A DNA stretch of 60,298 nt, filler included, from Basidiobolus ranarum (Eukaryota): NCBI GenBank assembly GCA_040143965.1. It is 14 parts of 14 records of this genome, joined end to end, with 100 filler letters (N's around TTAATTAATTAA, not from the genome) between each part and the next. Parts side by side here need not be neighbours in the genome. Positions count along the whole stretch, not along the records: positions 12,988 to 17,212 come from JASJQH010008938.1; positions 17,313 to 21,534 come from JASJQH010008939.1; positions 21,635 to 25,853 come from JASJQH010008940.1; positions 25,954 to 30,168 come from JASJQH010008941.1; 10 more parts are not named here. The stretch is one strand, 5' to 3'. The notes below the pieces were generated by a model. The model did not search any database. It saw only the letters and a program-made list of their open reading frames with translations, and was not told the DNA's origin. Positions 14,827 to 27,820 of the stretch are shown in pieces (position 1 is the stretch's first letter; each line of letters starts with the position of its first letter). The position numbers and the translations under genes were made by a program.

Positions 14827-15980
14827 ATGCACTTCACAAGTCATTCACTCCACCGCATTCCTTGGAAGTTGCCACAAATGACCTTCTTATTGCTTATACT
14901 CCTTCTGTTTCTCTTCACCCTTGGTGCTTTGTTTCTAGGCAGTGTTTCTATGCTTTGGCATGATTTTGGCTACATAGTTAGACCTTTGTGGGACACCCCA
15001 CCACACATTTTGAAGTCTACCCAGTGTATTGTAATGTTGAAGGTATGAGTAACCCAAAATGGTGCACTTTACATGGGTGGAATGTTAGTGAGGATATAAT
15101 TGCGGAAAGTACAGGCTCCCAAGCACATGGTGTGAGTAGTAGAATGCAAGTGGTTGATGCAATAATCTTTAGTATTGAGCTGGATTTACTAGAGATTTGA
15201 ATTAATGAGCTATGGGAACAGGTGGATTTAATCATCATTACCAAGTCCAATTGAACATTTACAGGAAAGCATAAAGAATTGACTTTTCAGAAGAATTGTG
15301 ACCAATTCAAATTTGCTGAAAGCAAGATCAGATATGTTTTCCATCCAGGTTGTGACCTGAAGCCACATGAATCACCATTTCAATAAGAAGAAGAACTGCA
15401 TCAATCAATCACAAAATACCTTGAGGAAGAAGAACTAATGAAGGGGGATCTAATAATCATGACCAATGTTGATGAAATACTCAGAGCAGACACAATTTGA
15501 TTATTATGAACTTGTCATGGATGGGGAGACATCATCCATCTACAATTATGTGAATACATATATTCATTTGAATACTTTTCAAGCATTGACTTTTGTGGAG
15601 CAAGTGTTCAAGTGTATAGGCCTGGCTTCACTAAGTATTCCCATGAATGCCAATCCAACAAAATACTCTCTGATGCAGGCTGGCATTGTTCACTTTGTTT
15701 TCCTGATATAAAGGATTTTCAATTCAAGATGTTGGCATACTCACATGCTGATTGTGTTAAATACAGCCATATGTTGGATGAAGAGATAATCTGTAAGAAA
15801 GTGTGTTCTGGAGAAAATATGTTTGGCATGCTTCCGGAAGTCTATACTTTCAAGGACCTGTTTCTACAATGGGGGCCAATAGCTAAGAGATCTTCTTTCA
15901 TAGACATACCTGGGTACCTACTGTTACATGCTGCCCGTCTAAAATACCTTTTACCAGGGGGGTGTGCTCAACAGGAGTAA
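14827..15980 (+). pseudogene. GT17 (MGAT3-like beta-1,4-N-acetylglucosaminyltransferase) pseudogene, intronless
   Basis: N-terminal TM, RPLWDTPP, LHGW, DAIIFSIELDLLEI, VDEI, DAGWHCSLCF, YSHAD, YLLPGGC; frameshift near 15005 and in-frame stops at 15198, 15252, 15384, 15498, 15507. Confidence 0.88.
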
Positions 15981-17312
15981 GTTAAACCTTGATATAAAGC
16001 TTAATGTAATATTCATCTGTTCAATCAGATATTAATGTATATACTGCCTGAATTTACTTGAGAGCATATATCATTGTTTCAGAATTTACACATTCACAGC
16101 CATTAAAGTATTTTCTGTGATATATATACACATATATTTAATTGGTTAACCCTAATTGGTCCATAGGGGTGCAGATTAGTGAAAAAATGAAGCGCTTCAT
16201 TTACAAATAAAACTTTTTGTTCTTTCCACTGCTGTTGATTGAGGGTTTAATAACAATTCTAGTCATGCTGTATCTTCATCAGACTTCTGTTAGGAAAAGT
16301 GAATTTGGCACTCTGTTGCAAATCATCTAAATTTGCCAATTGAATTGGACTAGAAGTTCCATCAAGAAAGCATCTGTGATAGAATTCTTTATGTGACCCC
16401 AACTGTATCACTCTGTGCTATAAGACAACCGGTGTGGTGGATATTCTATTGCTCAAAGTATGGGATGTGCATTCATCTGTAACCCAAATTGAAGTTTCAT
16501 TCAGAGCTAGACACTCATGATACTGATCAGCATCCAAATAAAGTTGCAAAGAATTGGATATTTGTTAAGCATGGATGATCCTATTCACATTTGTTCCATC
16601 AAAACCATCTGCTTCAAAAGAAAAAACCAAAGATGGGAGAGTCGTGCAATGGTGGAAGCTTAATTATTTATTTTTCTGCCTAAGTATGTGCAAAGGGATG
16701 ACAATAAGAATTGGAACACTCCAGGTTAAGATAAGATATTTGAACTTCAATTTGGGATTGCGGTATCCTTCATTAGTTGATATAAACTAATTGGATGGTG
16801 TTAGTATAAAAAGTGACTCATTCATGGTAATCTTGCATTGGAAGCATTTAAATTGCAGCTTTGCCTCTATCGGCAAAGATATGACCAGAGTACGTAGAGA
16901 TAGGCTTTGATTTGTTCAAACAGTAGGATTATTTTCTTGATATGTACAGAATTTTCCAAGATAACTGTAGGCAATGATACATCTACAATAATTGTTACAG
17001 GCTAGGGAGGCACATAGAACTGAAGTGGTTACTGACGGAACAAGTATTAAGTGGTATGCTAATAAAGATGTGCCTTGTTACCTTGCATACTTTTTGAAAC
17101 CGTCAAGGCTTGGCTCTGACCTGTGTGCTACTAATGTTGTAAATGTGGCAATGTTAAATGGTGGTACAAGTTCAAGCTTGAGAGGTCTTTGGATGTTTCC
17201 TGGGCTTTCTTGNNNNNNNNNNNNNNNNNNNNNNNNNNNNNNNNNNNNNNNNNNNNTTAATTAATTAANNNNNNNNNNNNNNNNNNNNNNNNNNNNNNNN
17301 NNNNNNNNNNNN

Positions 17313-17425
17313 TAGAGATATACCTATTTAGAATATAGGGGCTATAGATATGTTGCTTTCTGTTTCTGATATATGTATCATAACTAAAGTTAACTATGAT
17401 GTTGAATAAAGATTAATTATCCAGC
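17313..17425 (+). repeat. Dispersed repeat fragment, second copy at about 45170-45283
   Basis: Shared CCTATTTAGAATAT...TATAGATATGTTGCTTTCTGTTTCTGATATAT...GATGTTGAAT...AATTATCCA. Confidence 0.7.
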
Positions 17426-18067
17426 CCTTTCTTCCTTAAAGTAAAAAGTATAATTTAAAATATGCATTGAAATTATTCACAATTATGCAAACTCAAACCT
17501 TCTTGATTGTCTTCAATATTATTTGAGTCATTAAGCAATAGTAATGGAATATAAAAATATTGGATCACACACATCATCACATGGCACAACTTGCTTTTAA
17601 TTTACATCACAATTTGCTGCAGCCTCCTGAATTATATTTGATTTAATATTTGATTTAAATCGTTACCGGGGTAAGTGTGCATGTTCGGAGGAATGATTAA
17701 GCGATTGAGAAGCAAATTGGTTAGAAATTGGGTCGGGCTTAAAATGAGTTTGAAGAAATGATCATTACAAAATATATGGGCTCAGTAAACTAATCCGATG
17801 TCAATCAAGGTTTCATGTCTAAACTATTTTAATACCGAAATCTTCAATATGATGGCAATATGATTTCACGTGTCAATGATGAGTGACACAAGCTAACCCG
17901 CCCCTTTTCCATAAATATACTTTTATCACTCTATGGACCCTGGATCTTAGAGTACATTAAAGGTAAACAAAATATATCTAGAGGTACATATCTTCGATTA
18001 CTTACAACAATATCGACTCAGATTCTTTATTCTCTTTTTGCAAATTCCTCCTTTTTCCAACAAAGAA

Positions 18068-18820
18068 ATGCCTGTAAGCCAATCACGTAAGCTCACAGTT
18101 TGGTTCATTCGACATGGAGAACGCTTAGATTTTGTAAATTCGAATTGGGTTTATACTACAACTACTCCCTATGATCCACCTTTGTCTGACCTGGGAGAAA
18201 AGGAGGCACTCAAGACCGGTCGTTATCTTCGCGATCTTGCTCAGGAGAGCTTTGATACTTTTGTCAAAGGTCAAAATAAAACTCGATATGTTATCTATTC
18301 TTCGCCTTTTCTACGCTGTGCACAGACTGCAGAAGGTATTTTACAAGGTATTGGAAGTAGTCGTTATTCTGAAACAGTAGGAGGGATTCGACTTGAGCCC
18401 GCTTTATCGGAATGGATTAGTGAAGAATATTTCACTGAACAAATACCTGACTCCTTGATAAGCTCTTGTAAAGAAACTTGTATTACCAACAATGTTCCAT
18501 TAAATCTCACACATAAGCCGTATCTCAACCATCTTCCGGAGTTCCCAGAGAGTTACGATCAGTTGACGCAGAGATTTAACAACTTTCTGGAGCGATTAGT
18601 ACAGCAACTTGAACAGGAAACCCCTATAACTGAGCGTTTGCCGACGGTCGTTCTAGTAACACATGGTGCTGGGGTAAGTTCCTTACTGGATGCTTGTTTC
18701 AAAGAGCGTACTCTAGTGGAGGTTCATTACTGTAGCCTTTCTAGAGCACACTTCGATTTAAATAAGAAGGAAGCTGGATGGTTTGTGGACAAACAGGCCA
18801 CTACTATACATTTGAGGTGA
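18068..18820 (+). CDS. Histidine phosphatase / phosphoglycerate mutase family protein
   Basis: FIRHGER, DPPLS, SSPFLRCAQTA, VTHG motifs; single exon, ATG at 18068. Confidence 0.92.
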   Translation: MPVSQSRKLTVWFIRHGERLDFVNSNWVYTTTTPYDPPLSDLGEKEALKTGRYLRDLAQESFDTFVKGQNKTRYVIYSSPFLRCAQTAEGILQGIGSSRYSETVGGIRLEPALSEWISEEYFTEQIPDSLISSCKETCITNNVPLNLTHKPYLNHLPEFPESYDQLTQRFNNFLERLVQQLEQETPITERLPTVVLVTHGAGVSSLLDACFKERTLVEVHYCSLSRAHFDLNKKEAGWFVDKQATTIHLR

Positions 18821-19063
18821 ATCCCAATGTAATTTTGTAATTGTATTATTATTCTAGTTTGTTACGTGTATGTTCTTAATTATATCTTTATATAAACGAG
18901 AGTTTCCTCTTAGAAATATTTTGGTTACAGATGCATGTTTATTTAGGCTGATAGGGAGTCAGAGTGGAATTTTAAAGGTATGATGCAAATGCAAGTTAAA
19001 TGAATATATAGTACAGAATATGGTACCAAAATAATTTATCAAGGCGATAATAGTATCCATGTT

Positions 19064-19951
19064 TTAGTTCTTCTTCTTCTCAGCGAGTTTCTTCTCCAAT
19101 TTTTCAAATTCTTGTTGAGCAATCATTTCCTCTTCATCTAGCACTTGCTCAACTGCTGTGACTTCTGGGATGTAATGCATTAACATATTTTCGATGCCAT
19201 TCTTTAAGGTGATAACGCTAGAGTCACATGTACGGCAGGCTCCTTTCAACTTCAGCTTCACAACACCTTCGTCGAATCCACGATATTCAATATCACCTCC
19301 ATCTTCTTGAATAGAGGGTCTGATACGAGTGTCTAATAACTCTTTTATCATCTGAACAGATTCCGAATCGTCAGGAAGAATGGTTGTATCTGAGATGTTG
19401 TTTTCATCATATAAAATTGGCTCCCCAGAATCTACGAAATCCGTAATTGAACCATAGATATCTGGCTTCATGAGTTGCCAAGGAGAGTCTGTATCTTTAG
19501 TGATGGTGATAAAATCAGGACCAAAGAAAACACTTCTTATTCCCTCAATGTTAAGTAGTTTCTTGGCTAAATTAGAGTTCATCGCGTCTCTTAAATTTAA
19601 GAATTCGGCAGTACCGTTTTGACCCATTACAGGGACACCAGGAATAAACTTGAGGGAATCTTGGTTGGGTGTCACTTCTGTTTGAATAAAAAGAGTACGC
19701 ACTAAAATTAATCAACGTAAAAGTTAGTCACTATGTTTATGTGAGTAGGAAGTCTCGAATAAAGTCTTACTTTGGTTCATACTGCCAATCTGCTTGTTAA
19801 ATAGAGCGCCTCTTTGGCTCCAGGCTACTCTGTTTGAGTTGGTTAGGTTGGTTGTAAGGGTGCGAATGGTAGGTTTTACTGCAACTCCGAAGTTACCTTT
19901 GAGAGTCACTCTGGCTCTCAGATTGTTGAATAGGGATTTGCTTAGAGACAT
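19064..19951 (-). CDS. NFU1: Mitochondrial NifU-like Fe-S scaffold protein, exons 19951-19771 and 19701-19064
   Basis: LFIQTEVTPNQDSLKF, IRPSIQEDGGD, LKGACRTC (CxxC), LKNGIENMLMHY; basic presequence-like exon 1. Confidence 0.95.
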
Positions 19952-20292
19952 GTTTGCTCAGTAGAAGGATAGTAACAGCGCGCTAATAGCCATCCAACAT
20001 ATATATACCATTAACCCACCTAATTTTTTAGTCATACCACCTTGTGTTGAAAATTTTGATTTATATATTAGTAATGATTATATGGGGGTTCCGCAATATA
20101 TTACATCAGTTTGTTCTAATTTTGGTGGGGAAATAGTGATTAAAATCAAAGTTGGGTTGGATAATATGATTAGAAAAAATGGATTTATTTATGCTACTAA
20201 ACAAAATACGAGCTTTTACTAGCTATATGAAACAAAATACCAAGATAAAGAACTTGTGTGAGTTTGTGCGAATTGTACATTTACATTCTAGT

Positions 20293-21534
20293 CTATTCGA
20301 AAACAATCTTCTTTCCTTGGAAAGGAACTGGCGCTTCTGATTTCTTGGGAGGGGGCAAGTGACTAGTACTCTTTTGTGGTGGCTCTCTTCTTCTTCTTCT
20401 CTGTCTCTTGAAGTTACCTTCTTCGTCATTTCCGGGTTGGTTTCTATCTTGGCCTTCTTGGTCATTTTGGCGATAATCGTTGCCATCGTTGTTTCTGCGA
20501 TAACCTCTATATTGACCTTCTTCACCCTGTTGTGCTTTTTTGAATTCTTGGTACTGATTAAATTGGCCGCTTCTGCGATTGCCTCTAAATTGACCCTCTC
20601 CTTCACCCTCACCATCTCTCCGTTTTTTGTCGTGTAGCCAAGGGGCACCCTTTTTGGTAGCCTCAGCAGAACCGTATTCGACTCTAAGTTTTCTGCCATC
20701 TAACCATTGCTTATTGCTATCTTCAATAGCTTTCGTAGCTGACTCGACTTCCTCGAAATCGACATAAGCGAAACTAAAAATACATTCATGATTTAAATAC
20801 CACGCAGACTAATCAGAGCACTATGGTATACTTACCCTTTGCATTTGCCAGTATCTTCAAAGGTAGCCAGTCTAACTTTAATAATCTTACCACAATCTTC
20901 GAACAGAGCTTGAATTCCCTCTCTAGTGGTATTGAAAGAGAGATTGCCCAAGAAAAGTGTGGGACTAGCATCGTGCTTGTGCTTCTTTGTGCCTTTCAAA
21001 GAGGATTCGGTGGTTGGATAAGTGGAAGGTCTACCAGATTTGTTGAAGTCCTTGGAATTCTTAATAAGTACTTGACGACCATCCAACTCTTGTTCACTCA
21101 AAGCTATAGCAGCTTCAACCTCCTCCTCACTAGTGAAGTCAACATAGGCGAAGCTAAGAGACAAGTATAAATGGTTAATTGATAGACTAGAACGGTCACA
21201 AAAAACCGAAAACTTACCCTCTATTGCCGTTGCTACCCAATGGAAGATGAATTCTAGTGACCTCACCACATGTAGAAAAGAATTTATTGAGACTACCCTT
21301 GGTGGTCTTGAACGATAAATTACCAATCCAAATACCGTGTTTGGATCTTTCCTTATCTTTGACAGGCTTTTCTTCGACCTTCTTTTTCTTGACTGGAGGT
21401 TGAGTATCGGGATCGTCCTCAAGTTCACGCTCTGACTCGGACTCAGAATTCGATTCCTCTGACTCGGAGTTTTCTTTGTCTTCCGAATCTTTCTTACTTT
21501 TTTTCGATTTCTCTTTCTTCTCCTTTTTCTCTTT
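20293..21534 (-). CDS. Nucleolar two-RRM protein, Nop13-like, 5' truncated
   Basis: K/E/S-rich N-terminus, GIWIGNLSF and LFLGNLSF RNP2 motifs, spliced G|FAYVDF RNP1 twice, ATFEDTGKCKG, ends GKKIVFE*. Confidence 0.8.
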
Positions 21535-21822
21535 NNNNNNNNNNNNNNNNNNNNNNNNNNNNNNNNNNNNNNNNNNNNTTAATTAATTAANNNNNNNNNN
21601 NNNNNNNNNNNNNNNNNNNNNNNNNNNNNNNNNNCAAAAAGTTATCAAACAGCTTCTGAAAATGTCCTACTCTTGTCTTTTATAGTAGATTATCGTTACA
21701 AGATCTATTCAATAAAATGATAAGTGAAAATTCGACTTCAAGGATGATAAATACGTTATTAAATTGTAACATTAAAAAGGACATTAGGCACGTATCATAT
21801 ATAGCATGAATAAGAAAAAAAG

Positions 21823-22160
21823 TTAGCGATTGAAGTTACACAATCGGTCACACTTTTCCGAAGTCGCTTCACACCACCCGAATATAGAGCAACAAATACC
21901 TGGTGGACAGACGACCACCACACCATCCACATGCCAGCACTGGATATTAGTAGAGATGATGGTTTGGAGGGGAAGAATTGCTATCTGGGTGGAGGTCTTT
22001 GTGGTGGACACGCTTGAATCTGTAGTGGAGGTGGAGATGGTGGTAGGTACTCTTAAAGTTGTATCTTACAGGCGACTAGTGCACCATCCATAATCCCACA
22101 CTGGGTACTAATAGACACTAATGATATTTGAGGCATTGCCATTTACAACGAACTGTACAA
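21823..22160 (-). pseudogene. Hevein-like chitin-binding (CBM18) module after a Thr/Ser linker, interrupted upstream
   Basis: CPPGICCSIFGWCEATSEKC preceded by VPTTISTSTTDSSVSTTKTST; upstream frame has stops. Confidence 0.5.
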
Positions 22161-23414
22161 TGGTCGTTGGTATACCTACACCTACATCATCAAATAATCG
22201 ATTAGTATTGACAGAGAGTCCGGACACATAGCATAGAATTCCTGAGTGGAATAGTACGATTATAGGAGACAAGTAAATTTCTCATCTTTAATTGCTCGGT
22301 AACGCAGGTCGTGGAGGTGATAACTTGAGCAGTAGCTAAGTGCGAAAGAACGACTAGAGATGCTCAAAATTTCTTGGAAAGGAGCATAGTTAAGAGATGA
22401 TGAGTTCACACTTATCTTCGTTTAATATTGAATCTCTCTCTCAGTAGCAACTAAAACTCAGTTAAACAAGTTCTAAGGTGCATAGTATTGGTCTCATACT
22501 CCACTATATCTAACCAGTTAAATCCCGAAGCATTCCTCTTATGTTAGGAAATATCAACATATGACTCCTAAAGACGAAAGGGTCAGGAGAGAATGCTTAC
22601 TTTGGGTATCGGGAGTGGAGTCCAATAGTTACAAGCGCTAGCTATAGGTGATCTAGTTGCGTTAAATGTTCATGCGATCTTTTTTGATATAGGATAAACC
22701 CTTATAAATCATATTCGGCAAGATAAATACTGTGTTGGGTTAGACTACGTATTTCCAAATTTAGATTTGATTTGAGTTCGGAACTTCCACACCCAATCTG
22801 AAGTAAGAGTATTTTAATCTGACACTAGATTCGTTTTATCAGCAATAAGGAGCTGGAGTGCAATCTAGGCTTGGTGTTACTTGCCCCGATAGAAAGTTTT
22901 AAATATATACATATATAATGATGTAAAATGGTGTCAACGATGGTGAGCACCCAGCAATAGCATGAAGATTACTAACTGGCCATTTGACAACCAATACATT
23001 ACAGCTCATATCTGCTTAGCTTTTTTCGAAAATAATCGTCAAAGTACATCGTTAGCGAATCTGTTTTAAACTCAGTATACTTCTATAATGGATTATTTCA
23101 TCATTGGCTATATTGTTAATTACTCTGTAACAAAACCTCCAAATATTGGTCATTTTGATTTTGGCTATTATGATTATGGAAGGTTCTTTTTGATTATTGC
23201 CAAACTTTAATGCCTAATAATAGACCCAGCTATGTTTAAACATTGGTTAGGACCTTTTAGCATAATATAGAAGGCCCAAGAAGTGTTGACTTTAGTGGAA
23301 AGGTAAGATATTTCAAATAGGCAGTTTATAGTACCATGAATAATGCAAGGATATGAACCGAAAATTTGGAAATCTCAACCGCAGTAATGTATCCTATTAG
23401 ATTTAACACATATA

Positions 23415-24495
23415 CGCTTTTATGCATGCAATTTTAAACGTCAATATCTCTGCATTCACTTCATGAAGTAATTCGATATCTGCCACATTGTCTAAGCTGT
23501 GCTCAAACAACAGTCTTTGATATTATAGCGGCAATTCTACCACTCTTAGCGATACTACATACACTTAGACTTACTGCATTTAGTGAATCAATAATAAGTT
23601 CAATATGGTTTTGCATTATAGTTCTACATTGTTGACTAAATTTCTAAATATGCAAAAAAATATATTCATCAAAATGGACTCTATACAACTGATGATTCCT
23701 GAGAGCTTGACAGGCTGTATACTATGTTCTTAAGCACTATGATGCTAGATGTAACTACACATAGATATTACTGAATACCAAATCTCAAATACACTATTAT
23801 TAAGCATATACTGGCTAGTTAATAGATATTATACACTATTTGTGTGCAAACCGGAGCCTTATACATACGTTGGAAGAATATCAGATGTGTGAGTTCAGAA
23901 CTTGTGTGCTACTAGCTTTAGAACGCAATCCTATTCTATCAAATCTCATGCTATTCTGTTTGTCAAGGTGTCAGAGATATTCCCTTGAAGAGTCCATTTT
24001 GATGCATATATATGCTGTTAAGATAAGAGAAACTAAACATCACTAGAACAGTTTTTATTTCTGATTAAGACATTAATTTATTGACATATAGTATATTATA
24101 AGCTTCTACAGGGTGAAATTACCTCACGAATCACAGTGAGCATCTTATTTATATATATGAAGTTTCAATAGTTATCAGTATGGATAATTTGACTATTCTG
24201 GAATCTTAATAATTTACATAACTGCCATTGTTTATAGACTAATGCTGTGAGATTTGATTGGTGTTGACAATCGTAACATTTATGAAACATACCTTGAGAG
24301 TAGCCAAAACCATACTGTAGACAGTTTGGATCTTATTAAATGTAGCATAGGTAATGGCACCAAGAGTAGTGAAAGCTTCTTCATAACATCAAAGACTGCT
24401 GTTTGAACACTGCTTAGACTATGTATCAAATAGTAAGGTAATTCACAGAGTAAATGCAGAGATATTGCAAGTTGAAAAATGTATGCAACAAAAGT
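23415..24495. repeat. Long degenerate inverted repeat (foldback/MITE-like)
   Basis: CAATATCTCTGCATT (about 23442) vs AATGCAGAGATATTG (about 24453); TCTAAGCTGTGCTCAAACAACAGTCTTTGA (23491) vs reverse complement at about 24389-24418; CATCAAAATGGACTC (about 23667) vs GAGTCCATTTTGATG (about 23990). Confidence 0.7.
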
Positions 24496-27400
24496 GAATC
24501 AGTAGTAAGCGCTAGTGTAAAACTGCTTCATCTGAAAATAGAGAACCAGTGTCAGTGTAGTGAATCGCACAATATCTTCAACATTTATCCCTCTTTTTTA
24601 CATATTTCTATACCTAATGTAGCAATGATACATATATTTATATACAAGTAGCTGGTTGTCAAGTGGCCATTGGTGTATGGATCTATTACCAGGTTTTCAA
24701 TGCACTAAGAAATGATGCATGAAATATTCAGCTTCATAATACTCTCAGTTGCTCACTCAGCTAAAGCGTAAATATAAGACAATCAGAGTACCAATTCTAT
24801 TTCTGTAATCCAATTAGAGATGGGGTCAAATTAGATAAAAAGAAGCATCTGAGCACAGTGTATAACACTATTACCAATTAACGTATGGAGTAAGATCATA
24901 TTTAGTCGCTTTCATTTCGCGCTTCACTTCAGTGTGTTACTGGTGTATGTCTTGGTTATGAATTGATTGAGTTTGAGATAGTGATTGATTGATTGTCACT
25001 ACTTCAATGAGTATCTGTCACAACAACACCACAGAGAATAGAACCAACTACAATCCGGTTCAGGCTAAGACATCTTTGTGCAACGTGCTTACTTACGATT
25101 ACGGTTACAGTTACATATTTTAAATCAACCCTTCTTCTGACATAAAAGTCAATTTCGATGGTGATTCAGTATTATACCGCCAGTATTATCCAGCGCATCA
25201 TGAATTGTGGGAAAATAAGTCGAAATTCTGAAAATTACTCGGTTGTTCAAATTCTCTTTGCACCGTAACATCAAGTTAGAGGCCACAGCTTTGGGCGTTG
25301 TGGTGATGCTATTTTGACGAATCTTCGTGATACGAAATAGTATGATGACAGAGTTACATGTTATTTATCATGGCAATGAGACAGTTTGTTACAATCCTGT
25401 GCATTTGATAGTCAAGAACCGATCTAAATATCCATATACCACGAGCAAAGGCTAAGTATTTAGTTTTTGTACTTCACAAGTCTCTTGCGTGGGGACGTCA
25501 TTTTGCTCACGGACATAATAGACAATGCAAAGCGCAACTAGTTATTCTCAGTAACTATTATTGTATTTGCTTCATATTTCATGCTCTAAGGATGAAGATC
25601 TATTTATTCCAGTCAATTTAGATATTTATTATTCCAAACTAATTGTACTACAGGGCGCTATTATCATTGAAATTGTTACCCGCATGTTGGCTATTTAACC
25701 GGTTTACTAATTTGTACTGATGAACCATTTGAGCGCTGCCTGAGATCGTGGTGGGATTATTTCCAATACACAGCCTTCCTTAGCGCTTACAGCCTCAGTT
25801 CAGAATATTCTTCGCATTCTTGTTTCATACTGTATATTTGTACTATTGACCACNNNNNNNNNNNNNNNNNNNNNNNNNNNNNNNNNNNNNNNNNNNNTTA
25901 ATTAATTAANNNNNNNNNNNNNNNNNNNNNNNNNNNNNNNNNNNNNNNNNNNNAACGTTGTTGAAATGAAAGTTGTACTTGTGCATACATCTGCCATCAT
26001 CTCACCTTCCTCTCTCTATATATATCTATATCCATTAAGATTGAGAACCACTCTTAGTGTAGAGTCTATCATATGCCCTTTGATGCTTAGATTTCTACAT
26101 GTATCATTGATTTCATGTGAGATTGAAGCTGACCATCGATGGTCGTAGTGTTTCCTGTGATCAGTCTTTGCTCTAGCATCATATTAGAAAGAACTACTGA
26201 GAATTCGGGTACTCGAGGCTCGCATTTCACGAGATAGGGTATATAATGATGTTACCCAGAGTGCAAAAACTCCATCTACAACACTTGCTGCTTCTCAGTC
26301 GGGTACATGAATGTTGCAACATTGCTCTCATATCAACGGTGTTGGTTTGACTGAAAAACACTAAATAGTTGGAGGAAACAGATACTTTTCTCGTCCAATG
26401 ACCTGTGAGATCTCTGTATTTGTTAAGCATTTCTTTTTGGATATTGCGTTGCCTATTGTTTCCAGCAGTCATCTTCTCCATGAAAGATATATTCAGCTTA
26501 TTTACCTCGTCGTTTCACGGGTACTTGGTAACTTGGGTTGTCATACTTTGGACAATCACTCTGGGCTGGACAGATCGCCCTCGGCACAACTGGATGTTGG
26601 TTTTTGTCTGAACTGTAAATGATTAGCTGTCTCGTGTCACCCGCTTAAATTATGTAAAGGTAATATGGTGGAATTCATGCTTAACCATTGGCTAAAGAAC
26701 GTAAATTCAGGTATCACATTCAACCAAAAAAACTTAGAAAAGGAGCCACACTGAACGGTCAAAGTACACCCTGGCGAAGGATCGCTTAGCCACGGAAACC
26801 TTCCGCGATTCAAGCCGCATCAAGAGCCCTTACAAATGAATCTCAGGATAATCGCGCAATACTTACATTCGTATACCGTAAAGCTGGTTTCCTACCTTTC
26901 GTCACTCTCCAGTTCTCTCTTTAATAAAAATTCACCCATTCACTTCAAGAAAGAACTATTGTTCTAGATGCTCCTCCTTATATCATTTAAATTCCTAGAG
27001 CTATTGTGTATGACAACTGCCCTTTATTTAACTAGGAAAGAGGAAAAACACAGCATTGTGTAACCTTTTTGCTTGGTTTCTCTGCGTGACTCTTTTACCA
27101 GAACGAGCACCCTCAATTCTCTCCGATTTGTATCAGGTTGCAGTTTGGCCGAAGTCCTGATGAAGGTAGTAGACTTTCAACTCAATTTACTAATGTATCA
27201 CTCGGCATTTTCTCATCAAATTTAATAATGGAGTCAAGGTTGTACCAAGAATCAAGCGAGCTTAAAGATTCTCTGGAGATTATGATATTACTGGTGCTGT
27301 GGGCTGAAAGAAAACTCCACCCTCATTCAGTGGCCATTCTAGCCAAGTGCCCTGATGATAGGAGTCACAATAAGTAGCCCTAGATCAGGCTAATTCTTGT

Positions 27401-27820
27401 AACTGGTACAGAAGTGAAACACCTATGGAGTGTCTTTAGATAGAAATCATTTAATTTACGAAAGGCTGAAGCTACAACTGGAGTAACAATGTATTTCTTG
27501 AATTTGCTCCCATTCCAGAATATCCATACATGCCAAGTTGAATTAATCGAGAATTCCTCATCAGTATCGACCTGACTGCAGACGATTCAGGCTAAAGCCA
27601 GTAATTTCCAATTCAGCTCTAGATAACAACTGCCATAGATTTAGAAGTCAACTGGAATCTTGTAGGTTGATATATTATAGTGATGAATCCAAATTAAGAT
27701 CACCCTTTATGCACATCCACGTAAAATTACTACATATATACTACATTATCTTGCTAGATATTTTTCCCATATCCGGTCTGACTTTGTACAGCTTTTAACT
27801 CCGCCTAAAGTGAAAACGTC

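Noticed and set aside
16146..16153. TTAACCCT as a piggyBac terminus
   Set aside because: No partner terminus or transposase motif recognised in the contig; short match expected by chance
20223..20699. 158-aa and 92-aa ORFs as separate genes
   Set aside because: Alternative and antisense frames of the low-complexity last exon of the RRM gene
18068..21534. Phosphatase-NFU1-RRM trio as a functional cluster
   Set aside because: Unrelated housekeeping functions; ordinary compact gene spacing
25954..27400. Short ORFs upstream of the MFS gene
   Set aside because: No recognisable motif or consistent exon chain
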